Assembly: GCA_964424195.1 (NCBI GenBank)
Contig: CAYRHT010000004.1
Coordinates: 76,769-140,768 of the forward strand
DNA length: 64,000 bases
Direction of reading: 5' to 3'
From: an uncultured Gammaproteobacteria bacterium
GTDB lineage: Bacteria > Patescibacteriota > Patescibacteriia > UBA1558 > S5-K13
Of the stretch, positions 55,452 through 64,000 are shown one piece after another. The position numbers and the translations under genes are program-made. How positions within the stretch are numbered: the stretch's first letter is position 1; every line of letters begins with the position of its first letter. The notes beneath the pieces were generated by a model. The model worked only from the letters and a program-made list of their open reading frames with translations. It was not told the origin of the DNA and searched no databases.

Positions 55452-58113
55452 AAATATAATAATTAGCTGTGATAAATGTAATGGTGATGTAAAATGTCCA
55501 AATTGTTTAGGTCATCAAAATTATATTAAACTAGGTAATTTTTTAATTTATTGGGATAAAGATTATAGTGATTTAAATGTTTTAGTTGATCAAACTAGAA
55601 AGGTTATTAAAGTAGTGATGAATTTGATATTAATTATCTTTTTAGTTATGGGTTTATTTGCTTTGATTTACCATCTTTATTTATTAATGAATTCTGATAG
55701 TAATTTATTAGTTTTAGGTAATTGGCAGGGTATTTATTTGCTTATATTTTGGCTTAGTCTATTCTTCGATATGTTTTTATTCTATAGATTAAAGAAGCAT
55801 CGGTTTGAAATTGAAAAAGTAGTAAAGGTAAGTTCTTTTGATGAGGATAGGGATAAAATAATTGAGAAGAATATCTATAAATCTTTAAGTAAGGATGTAA
55901 AAAAACTTCTTTTAAGATCTTGGTTTGCATCTAAGAAAAGTAAAGCAAAAGCAATTGATCCTTTATATCTATTTTTATCATTATTAGGAAATCCAAATAT
56001 TAGTTTAATTTTTAGTCGTTTAGGAATTAATAAAGATAGTTTTAAAAAGAAGTTAGAGAGATTAATAGAAGAAAGAGGAGAAGTAAAACAAAAAGAGTTT
56101 GATTTAAATGTTATTATGTTTAACTCCTATCTAATAGCTCATCGATCTATGTCATCTCAAGTTATGGTTAGTCATATCTTAGAATCTTTAGCTCTGAGTA
56201 ATGAAAATGTATTAGAATTGTTCTTAGATTCAGGTGTGAGTGTTGATCAGATTAATAATGTTATCATGTGGGTAAAATTAGGTGAGAGTTTAAGGGATAA
56301 ATACAAGAGGTATAAAGCTCGTTCTGTATTTAAACCTAAAGGAGCTATGAATAGGTCAATGACTGCCATTGCTACACCATTGTTAGATAGATTTAGTCAG
56401 GATATGACTTATCTAGCTAAAATGGGTTATTTAGGACTAAATATAGCTCGAGGAAGTAAAATAGAAGAGATTTATCGAATTATAGAAACTGGAAGTAATG
56501 GAGTAATGTTAGTAGGTCAACCAGGAGTTGGTAAAGATAGTGTGATTGAAGGTTTAGCAAATAGAATGGCTGCTGAGGAAGTTCCTAAGCATTTACAAGA
56601 TAAAAGATTAGTTAGTCTATCTCTTTCAAGTTTAGTTTCTAAATCTTCAGTAGAGGGACAGGTAGAGAATAATCTTTTGAGAATAGTAAATGAAGTAGTT
56701 AGATCTGGTAATATAATTTTAATTATTCAAGATATTCATAATATTGTGGGAGTGACATCAGCTGGGACTGAAAATGTAGATTTGTCAGAAGTTCTAGCAG
56801 ATGTAATTGCTAAGTATAATATCATGATTATTGGAACTACAACTCCAAATGATTATACTAAATACCTAGAAAGAAATCCTTTATCTTCTAATTTATTAAA
56901 AGTAGATTTACCAGAACCTAATTTTAATGAAACAGTTCAAATCTTAGAAGCTAAAACTTTTGCTATTGAGAATAAGTATAAAGTATATTTCTCCTATCAA
57001 GCTATTGAAAAGATTGTGAAATTAACTACTAACTATATCCATGATCGTTTTCAACCTAGTAAATCTATTAAAATATTAGAAGAAGTAGCTGTGATGGTTA
57101 AAAAAGCAAAGGGTAAGAATCGTTTAGTAACCATTGAAGATGTTTCAAAGATTGTTTCTGAAAAAGTAAATATTCCTTTGGAAAGCGTTAGTGATTCAGA
57201 GAGTGATAAGCTAATGAATTTAGAGGAATTAATTCATAAAAGAGTTATTGGACAGCATGAAGCGGTGAAAATGGTTTCTTCAGCTCTTAGAAGAGCTCGA
57301 GCTGAACTAAGAGATGAGGATAAACCAATTACTAACTTATTGTTTTTAGGTCCTACTGGTGTTGGTAAAACAGAATTAGCTAAGACAGTTTCCCAAATAT
57401 TTTTTAATAGCGAAGATGATTTAATTAGATTGGATATGTCTGAATATCAAGAGAGAACTAGCTTGGGTCGTTTAATTGGTATGGAAGGAAGTACAGAAGG
57501 TGGAGTTTTAACTGAAGCTATTCGAAAGAATCCTTTTTCATTATTATTACTAGATGAGATTGAAAAAGCTCATCCAGATATATTGAATATATTTTTACAA
57601 GTTATGGATGATGGTCGTCTAACCGATTCTAGTGGACGAACTATAGATTTTTCAAATTGTATCATTATTGCTACTTCTAATGCTGCAGCTTTTTATATCC
57701 AAGATCAAGTAGCTCTAGGTACTGATTTAGAGAAAATAAAACAAGATTTATTACAGAATGAATTAAGATCTAATTTTAGACCTGAGTTTTTAAATCGTTT
57801 TAATGGTGTTGTGCTATTCAAACCTCTAACTCCTAAAGAAATAGAGCAAATTACAGTCTTAATGTTGAAGAAAGTAGCTAAGAGATTAGAAAAGAAAGGA
57901 ATTAATTTTAGGGCTTCTGAAGAAGCTATTAAAGAGTTAGCAGAAGTTGGTTTTTCTAAAGAATTTGGAGCTCGACCTTTAGCAAGAGCTATCCAACAAA
58001 GAGTAGATAATTCTCTTGCTAATTTTTTACTTACTGGTAAAATTGGAAGACGAGACAAGGTTGTTCTAGAAAAAGGAGGGGAAATTAGAATTGAAAAAGC
58101 TAAAAAGTTTTAA
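55441..58113 (+). CDS. Membrane-anchored Hsp100/Clp-family AAA+ ATPase (N-terminal Zn-ribbon + 2 TM; degenerate NBD1; canonical NBD2 motifs; no pore-loop Tyr)
   Basis: CDKC...CPNC; two TM; Clp_N-like repeats; NBD1 GQPGVGKDS / IIQDIH; NBD2 GPTGVGKT, LLLLDEIEKAHPD, ATSN, GARPL. Confidence 0.8.
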   Translation: MLDKNIIISCDKCNGDVKCPNCLGHQNYIKLGNFLIYWDKDYSDLNVLVDQTRKVIKVVMNLILIIFLVMGLFALIYHLYLLMNSDSNLLVLGNWQGIYLLIFWLSLFFDMFLFYRLKKHRFEIEKVVKVSSFDEDRDKIIEKNIYKSLSKDVKKLLLRSWFASKKSKAKAIDPLYLFLSLLGNPNISLIFSRLGINKDSFKKKLERLIEERGEVKQKEFDLNVIMFNSYLIAHRSMSSQVMVSHILESLALSNENVLELFLDSGVSVDQINNVIMWVKLGESLRDKYKRYKARSVFKPKGAMNRSMTAIATPLLDRFSQDMTYLAKMGYLGLNIARGSKIEEIYRIIETGSNGVMLVGQPGVGKDSVIEGLANRMAAEEVPKHLQDKRLVSLSLSSLVSKSSVEGQVENNLLRIVNEVVRSGNIILIIQDIHNIVGVTSAGTENVDLSEVLADVIAKYNIMIIGTTTPNDYTKYLERNPLSSNLLKVDLPEPNFNETVQILEAKTFAIENKYKVYFSYQAIEKIVKLTTNYIHDRFQPSKSIKILEEVAVMVKKAKGKNRLVTIEDVSKIVSEKVNIPLESVSDSESDKLMNLEELIHKRVIGQHEAVKMVSSALRRARAELRDEDKPITNLLFLGPTGVGKTELAKTVSQIFFNSEDDLIRLDMSEYQERTSLGRLIGMEGSTEGGVLTEAIRKNPFSLLLLDEIEKAHPDILNIFLQVMDDGRLTDSSGRTIDFSNCIIIATSNAAAFYIQDQVALGTDLEKIKQDLLQNELRSNFRPEFLNRFNGVVLFKPLTPKEIEQITVLMLKKVAKRLEKKGINFRASEEAIKELAEVGFSKEFGARPLARAIQQRVDNSLANFLLTGKIGRRDKVVLEKGGEIRIEKAKKF

Positions 58114-58124
58114 TAATAAAAAAT

Positions 58125-58613
58125 ATGAAGATTCAGATTTTTGCTACTGGTGGTACGTTTGATAAAGAGTATAACGAAGTTACAGAGAAACTCTATTTTG
58201 ATCGTACTCATTTAACAGAAATGTTAAAGACTGCTCGTTGTCAGTTAAAAGTAGACATCAAGAAATTAATGATGATTGATAGTTTAGATATGAAGAAAAA
58301 AGAACGAGAGGTAATTTTAAAGAATTGTCAGAAATCTAAGAGTAATAAGATAGTGATTACTCATGGAACTGGAACAATGGATAAGACTGCTAAGTTATTG
58401 GATAAAAATATTAAAGATAAAACTATTATAATTACTGGAGCAATGATTCCCTATCGTTTTGGTAAATCTGATGGAGTATTTAATTTGGGAAGCGCTTTAG
58501 CTTTAGTTCAAGTACTAGATCCTGGTATTTATATAGTAATGAATGGAGAATATTTTAGAGCTGGTACTTTTAAGAAGAATCAATTAAAAGGTAAATTTGA
58601 GAAAATTAAATAA
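58125..58613 (+). CDS. L-asparaginase N-terminal-domain-like protein (162 aa, single domain)
   Basis: IFATGGTFDK and ITHGTGTMDKTA motifs; lacks C-terminal domain. Confidence 0.55.
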   Translation: MKIQIFATGGTFDKEYNEVTEKLYFDRTHLTEMLKTARCQLKVDIKKLMMIDSLDMKKKEREVILKNCQKSKSNKIVITHGTGTMDKTAKLLDKNIKDKTIIITGAMIPYRFGKSDGVFNLGSALALVQVLDPGIYIVMNGEYFRAGTFKKNQLKGKFEKIK

Positions 58614-58619
58614 TATATT

Positions 58620-60002
58620 ATGTCTAAAGAAAATAATAAAATGGATCAAATAATATCTCTAGCTAAGAGAAGAGGTTTTGTTTTTCCATCTTCAGAAATT
58701 TATGGTGGATTTGCAGCTGTTTATGATTATGGTCCTTACGGAGTAGAATTGATTAATAATATTAAAGAAGCTTGGTGGAAGTATATGGTCCGAAATAGAG
58801 AGGATATTATTGGTTTAGATTCAGCAATCTTTATGAGTCCTAAAGTTTGGGAAGCTAGTGGTCATGTGGGAGGTTTCTCTGATCCTTTAGCAGAGTGTAA
58901 GAAATGTCATTCTCGAATTAGGGTAGATGCTCTTTTAGAAGATATTGGTGTTCAAGCTGATGAAAAGATGAGTGAAGAAGAGATTAACAAGCTTTTTAAA
59001 GAAAATAAAGATAAAGTTAAATGTCCCAAGTGTGGTCAGAAAGAATTTACAGAAGCTAAGAGCTTTAATCTTTTAGTTAAATCTAATCTAGGTAACTTTA
59101 CTGGAGATTGGGACCAAGAACCAGTATATTTAAGAGGAGAGACTTGTCAGGGTATATATATCAATTTTAAAAATGTTTTAGATTCAACTAGAATGAAAGT
59201 TCCCTTTGGGATTGCTCAAGTTGGGAAAGCTTTTCGAAATGAAATTACAGCTCGACAATTTATCTTTAGAACTAGAGAATTTGAACAAATGGAGATGCAA
59301 TATTTTGTTAAACCAGAAGAAGAAATGAAAGAGTATGAGAAATTAAGAGAGTATCGATGGAATTTCTATCTTCATTTAGGAATAGATAAAAAGAATTTAA
59401 AATGGCATAAACATGAGAATTTAGTTTTTTATGCTAAAGAAGCTTACGATATTGAATACAACTTTCCCTTTGGATTTAAAGAGTTAGAAGGTTTACATGC
59501 TCGAGGAGATTATGATTTAACTCAACATATTAAGCATTCTAAACAAAAATTAGATTATTTAGATCCTTATACCAATGAAAAGTATATTCCTCATATAGTA
59601 GAAGCATCAGCTGGTGTAGGTCGAACATTCTTAGCACTATTATCAGAAGCATATACGGAAGAGAAAGTAGATGGAGAAGAAAGGGTAGTTTTAAAACTTA
59701 AACCAGAAATAGCTCCAATTAAGATAGCTGTATTTCCTTTGTTAAAGAATAAGCCAGATTTAGTTGATAAGGCTAAAGAGATTTTTGATAATTTGAAGAC
59801 TAAGCATATGTGTGAGTTTGATGATAATGGTAATGTTGGTAAAAGGTATAGAAGACAAGATGAAATTGGTACTCCATATTGTATTACTGTTGATTTTGAA
59901 GGTTTAGATGATGATACAGTTACTGTGCGGGATCGAGATACTATGAAGCAAGAGAGAATAAAGGTAGAAGAGTTGGAGAGTTATTTTAGAGAGAGATTAT
60001 AA
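58620..60002 (+). CDS. glyQS: Glycine--tRNA ligase (dimeric class II type)
   Basis: FVFPSSEIYGG..., class II motifs, anticodon-binding C-terminus. Confidence 0.9.
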   Translation: MSKENNKMDQIISLAKRRGFVFPSSEIYGGFAAVYDYGPYGVELINNIKEAWWKYMVRNREDIIGLDSAIFMSPKVWEASGHVGGFSDPLAECKKCHSRIRVDALLEDIGVQADEKMSEEEINKLFKENKDKVKCPKCGQKEFTEAKSFNLLVKSNLGNFTGDWDQEPVYLRGETCQGIYINFKNVLDSTRMKVPFGIAQVGKAFRNEITARQFIFRTREFEQMEMQYFVKPEEEMKEYEKLREYRWNFYLHLGIDKKNLKWHKHENLVFYAKEAYDIEYNFPFGFKELEGLHARGDYDLTQHIKHSKQKLDYLDPYTNEKYIPHIVEASAGVGRTFLALLSEAYTEEKVDGEERVVLKLKPEIAPIKIAVFPLLKNKPDLVDKAKEIFDNLKTKHMCEFDDNGNVGKRYRRQDEIGTPYCITVDFEGLDDDTVTVRDRDTMKQERIKVEELESYFRERL

Positions 60003-60022
60003 TAATAATTTATGGTATTTTA

Positions 60023-60052
60023 AAAGCTCAACTTATTAAGTTGAGCTTTTTA
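60023..60052 (+). terminator. Rho-independent terminator after glyQS
   Basis: Perfect 11-bp stem aagctcaactt/aagttgagctt plus T-run. Confidence 0.75.
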
Positions 60053-60133
60053 GATAAAAGAAAACCCACAATTACTACATTGTGGGTTTAGCCTCATCCT
60101 AGGTAAAGGACAAGATTTCATAAACCATTTCAT
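60050..60133 (-). CDS. Candidate small ORF (27 aa, MKWFMKSCPLPRMRLNPQCSNCGFSFI)
   Basis: ATG 6 nt after perfect AAGGAGGT; contains 10-bp perfect hairpin (60063-60089); not in ORF track (too short). Confidence 0.3.
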   Translation of the reverse strand: MKWFMKSCPLPRMRLNPQCSNCGFSFI

Positions 60134-60252
60134 ATTTACCTCCTTGTGAAATAATTTATATTATTGTGCTCTCTTCGATTCTTTTTATCACCACTTCCTT
60201 TGAGCGTTGGTTAGAGCGATGGTTATCTGGAATAAGATTAAAGGAGCTTAAT

Positions 60253-60816
60253 TTATTTTTTTATATACTCTTCTATGCCCATTTTTTTTGAATAGTTATA
60301 AAAGTTCATAGTTCTTCTACAGTTTGTTCCAATAGAATAACTTTCCATCCCAATTACATCTCCATTTCTTTTTTCTTTTTTATCTGGATGAATAAATCCT
60401 ATTTGACATTTATGGTTGTGGAATTTACTTTTGTCAATTTTTTTGAAATTTACCAACCAGTTGTCTGGACATTCGTTTGCGATAATTTTTTGAATGAATT
60501 TTAATCCAATGTTGAAGTTATGAATGAATTCATTTGTAGCTTCATCAAACCGATGGAATTGTTCCTTCCCTTTTTCAATGGAAATTTCTTTTAAAGGTAC
60601 AAGAGAAAGAATATCCTTTTTATTTTTGCCCTTGCATTCATTGATTACAAATTCATGCGCATGTTCAAAAATATGGTTTCCATCAGTTACACCTTCCTTT
60701 TCATACTCTTTTTGTAGAATAATTGCTTTTGGTATTAAATCCATTTTTTCCTCCATTAGTACTATAAAGTACCGACTACAACCTGCCATTTCTGGTTCAG
60801 GATTTATCGTAGCCAT
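60253..60816 (-). CDS. Hypothetical protein (likely start at Met 60744 after GGAGGA SD), atypical codon usage
   Basis: ORF with internal SD+ATG; no recognised domain. Confidence 0.5.
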   Translation of the reverse strand: MATINPEPEMAGCSRYFIVLMEEKMDLIPKAIILQKEYEKEGVTDGNHIFEHAHEFVINECKGKNKKDILSLVPLKEISIEKGKEQFHRFDEATNEFIHNFNIGLKFIQKIIANECPDNWLVNFKKIDKSKFHNHKCQIGFIHPDKKEKRNGDVIGMESYSIGTNCRRTMNFYNYSKKMGIEEYIKK

Positions 60817-61190
60817 GATGAGTTTTTTTGACTCGTCAATCAGCTTAATCGCTTCTAATGTGTCTTTGGACGAGCACTATTTAACTCTCAATCAGCTATA
60901 TGTTGTCATAAGGACAACAAGGCGCTTCTAATGGAAGTTCATTACCTCTTCCTTTTAATAAACAAGTTAATTATTTACTAGAAAGAAGAGATAATGTATT
61001 TAGTTTTTAAAGAACTTCATTAATATTGAGAGTAGTAGAGGAGATTTAAATCTGCCGTTATATAATATATGTGCAGTAATCTCCTTCACTACTCTTAACG
61101 TTAATATTTAATTATAGCATATTATTAGAATAATGTCAAGTATTTATTTATCTAGTTTATTGATATACTGAAATAGTAAAATCTAATTAT

Positions 61191-62534
61191 ATGTCAAAAA
61201 TAAAAACAATTTATTCTTGTTCTAAATGTGGATCTCAAACTCCTAAATGGGAAGGTCGTTGTTCAGAGTGTGGAGGATGGGGAACTCTAGAAAAAGAAAC
61301 CCTTTCTGATTCTGATAAGAAAGAAAAACAAAATCAACTCCAAGATTTGAAAGTTGATTTTATTGACCTTGCTAAAGTTAAGAAGAGTGATGCTCAGAGA
61401 TTAAAAACTGGTCTAGATTCTTTTAATACAGCAATTAATGGTGGAATAGTAAGAGCTTCTCTGGTTTTAATTGGTGGTAATCCGGGAATTGGTAAATCAA
61501 CTATTATTTCTCAAATAGTTTCAGATAAGTTTAAAACTCTTTATGTTTCTGGGGAAGAAACTGCTTCTTCAGTTAAATCTAGAATGGATAGATTAGATGT
61601 AAATATTAAAGATTTAAAGTTTTTAGCTGAGAATAATTTAGAAAAGATATTAGCGGGAGCAATGAAAGCTAAACCAGATTTGTTAATCATTGATTCTATT
61701 CAAACGGTATATACTTCAGAAATAGATTCAGATGCTGGGGGAGTTTCTCAAGTCAGAGCTTGTACTGTGAAATTAATGGAAATAGCTCGGAAATTAAATA
61801 TGGCAGTTTTAATTGCTAGTCATGTTAACAAAGCGGGAGATTTAGCTGGACCAAAAGCTTTAGAGCATTTAGTTGATTGTGTGATTAATTTAGAAGGGGA
61901 CAGGTTAAATAGATACAGAATGTTGAGGGTTATTAAGAATCGTTATGGTTCTACTGATAATTCAGAAGTTCTAGAGATGACTAGTAAAGGTTTTAAAAAA
62001 GTATTGAATCCATCAAATATTTATCTTTCTAATTCTAGTATTGATAAAGGAACAGTGATAACTTCAATTATGGATGGTTCTCAAGTTTTAATGTTAGAAC
62101 TTCAAGCTTTAGTGAATAAAACTAATTTTGGTTATCCTAAAAGAACAACTTCTGGTTTTGATCAGAAGCGTTTAGAATTATTATTAGCTGTATTATCTAA
62201 AAAAGCAGGTTTAAAGTTAGGAGCTTATGATGTGTATATTAATTTAACTGGTGGTTTTAATGTTAAAGATCGTTCTCTAGATTTATCAGTTTGTTTAGCT
62301 ATTATGTCTGCCTATCATGACAAAGTAGTTAAAGAAAATACTATTGTTTTTGGAGAAGTTGGTTTAAGTGGAGAAGTTCGTTCTATTCCTAAAACTAAAG
62401 AAAGAATCAAAGAAGCTCTAGCTTTAGGGTTTAAAAATATTATTGTTCCTAAGTTTGATAAGAAGGTAGATGTGAAAGGAGTTAATTTAATTGAAGTAGA
62501 GAAGATTAAAGATTTAGAAAAGTATTTGAAATAA
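61191..62534 (+). CDS. radA: DNA repair protein RadA/Sms
   Basis: C4 zinc finger, RecA-like GGNPGIGKST, KNRYG, Lon-like C-terminal domain. Confidence 0.95.
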   Translation: MSKIKTIYSCSKCGSQTPKWEGRCSECGGWGTLEKETLSDSDKKEKQNQLQDLKVDFIDLAKVKKSDAQRLKTGLDSFNTAINGGIVRASLVLIGGNPGIGKSTIISQIVSDKFKTLYVSGEETASSVKSRMDRLDVNIKDLKFLAENNLEKILAGAMKAKPDLLIIDSIQTVYTSEIDSDAGGVSQVRACTVKLMEIARKLNMAVLIASHVNKAGDLAGPKALEHLVDCVINLEGDRLNRYRMLRVIKNRYGSTDNSEVLEMTSKGFKKVLNPSNIYLSNSSIDKGTVITSIMDGSQVLMLELQALVNKTNFGYPKRTTSGFDQKRLELLLAVLSKKAGLKLGAYDVYINLTGGFNVKDRSLDLSVCLAIMSAYHDKVVKENTIVFGEVGLSGEVRSIPKTKERIKEALALGFKNIIVPKFDKKVDVKGVNLIEVEKIKDLEKYLK

Positions 62535-62558
62535 ATATAAATAATTAAAATAAATTAT

Positions 62559-64000
62559 ATGGAAGAAGAAAAAACTACTTACGATAATGTAGGTAATGAG
62601 AATTTTAAAGGTAAATTATTAATTGGAATTATTATTTTATTAGTAGCGAGTAATCTAGGAATGTTTTATTTTTATCAGAAATCATTAAATAATATCTCTA
62701 ATGTTGTAGATGATACTCAGACTATGACACAGAATCCTCTAAATCAAGAAGTAAGTTTAGATGATGATTTAGACGCTTTAGAAGAGAAAGAGCTAGAAAT
62801 TAATGAGATTTTGGTTGATTGGAATGAAGAAGCAGTGGAAGTAGATGATATTTGGACAATAATTGATAGTAACGAAGTGGAACAAATTATGAATGATATG
62901 AAAGAGAATTCTCAAACTGCATATTTTAATTTTGAACACTTTGAAGAATACCATCAATTTTATGAAGTTGGAAAAATTGAAAACAGTGATTATTTAGGTG
63001 CTAGATTATATATTGTTAGAGTTTTAATTCCGGGAATGGGAGCATATCCAGTTTCTTTTAATGTCATTAAAATTAAAGATGATTTAATTTATCTTAGTAA
63101 AAATGCTTTTTTAAATATAGAAAAAGCAGCCTTTAAAGATGTTTATAAAAATATTTTTCAAATTGATAATGTAAGTAGAATTATTAATTTAGAATCACCA
63201 CAAAGAATTAGTATTCCAGAGTCTGATTCAAGTTTATTAAAAACGATGGTTTTTCGTGATAATTATTCTCAGATACATGGTTGGTTAAGTGAGTATATTG
63301 ATGGAGAAAAATCTTTCGAATATCAAGAAGAGAAATATGTTTACAGAAAAGGTAACTGTTTTATTGTCGGTGCTAATGATGGTACAGTAAGAGGATATCA
63401 TTTAGATCTCAATTTTGCCAAAGAAATGGAAGAAAGAAGTCATTATTTGGGTGCAATTCCATATTTGTTAGATTTTAAGTTTTCGAATGGAGAGCAAAAT
63501 CAAAACGAGTATATTTTTCAGAGCGGAGGACATTTTCATATTAACTATTGTTATAATTATGCACATTATATAAATAATGATAGTCAATTGAGTGTTATCG
63601 GTTATTTAGATTCTGGGGAGTTAGTTTATGTTCTTAAAGATATAAATACTAAAGAAAGAGTTCAAGATCAAAACAGTATTTTACAAACAATGTATGACAT
63701 GTATTATCCTGGCTACAACAGTGAAACACAAGAAAGGAAAGAAAAAGTTTCTTTTGAAGAATTTTTGGAAGAATATCCATTAATTTTTGTAAAGGATCCT
63801 TTTGGAGATTATATAGAAATGAAAAATGCTAAATATTTACCAGCTGTAGAAATGGGAAAACCAGTGATTTATCTTTATCCGGAAACTGAAATGGATATTT
63901 CTGTACAAGTAGAACCGAAAGGTGGATTTTCAATTACTGAACCAACTTATAATAATGGTTGGTTAGTAAAAGCTAATCCAAATGGAGAATTATTTAATTA
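62559..64000 (+). CDS. Hypothetical membrane-anchored protein, partial (3' end beyond window)
   Basis: ATG at 62559, frame open to window end (over 480 codons); one N-terminal TM helix. Confidence 0.55.
   Translation, partial: MEEEKTTYDNVGNENFKGKLLIGIIILLVASNLGMFYFYQKSLNNISNVVDDTQTMTQNPLNQEVSLDDDLDALEEKELEINEILVDWNEEAVEVDDIWTIIDSNEVEQIMNDMKENSQTAYFNFEHFEEYHQFYEVGKIENSDYLGARLYIVRVLIPGMGAYPVSFNVIKIKDDLIYLSKNAFLNIEKAAFKDVYKNIFQIDNVSRIINLESPQRISIPESDSSLLKTMVFRDNYSQIHGWLSEYIDGEKSFEYQEEKYVYRKGNCFIVGANDGTVRGYHLDLNFAKEMEERSHYLGAIPYLLDFKFSNGEQNQNEYIFQSGGHFHINYCYNYAHYINNDSQLSVIGYLDSGELVYVLKDINTKERVQDQNSILQTMYDMYYPGYNSETQERKEKVSFEEFLEEYPLIFVKDPFGDYIEMKNAKYLPAVEMGKPVIYLYPETEMDISVQVEPKGGFSITEPTYNNGWLVKANPNGELFN

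Overview
AT-rich (about one-third GC), gene-dense bacterial chromosome segment. It opens with the 3' half of the universal ribosomal-protein operon (rpsC through rplO, secY, adk, map), which lacks rpmD (L30). Together with widespread absence of Shine-Dalgarno sites and lysine-rich tails on ribosomal proteins, this points to a reduced-genome Candidate Phyla Radiation (Patescibacteria)-like lineage (inference). Other core genes: ruvX, a WecA-like transferase, an aminotransferase, rplU, recR-ybaB-dnaB, tRNA-Lys(UUU), an RND pump plus membrane-fusion protein, a CorC-like transporter divergent from a P-type ATPase, lepB, hisS, rpsU-yqeY, ybeY-dgkA, ftsA-ftsZ, nrdR, glyQS and radA. Accessory content: (1) a two-gene insertion with its own promoter and terminators between secY and adk; (2) a toxin-antitoxin / Cys-rich protein cassette integrated at the recR 3' end and bounded by a duplicated recR 3' fragment, next to higBA and a Nudix gene; (3) a structured leader RNA behind a consensus promoter; (4) a 13-kb surface locus built around a shared pilin-like N-terminal module, including a 2,996-aa multi-domain giant protein; (5) a membrane-anchored papain-like protease / beta-propeller gene flanked by perfect 27-bp direct repeats; (6) a membrane-anchored Hsp100/Clp-like ATPase lacking both pore-loop tyrosines. 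No rRNA, CRISPR array, transposase or integrase was recognised.
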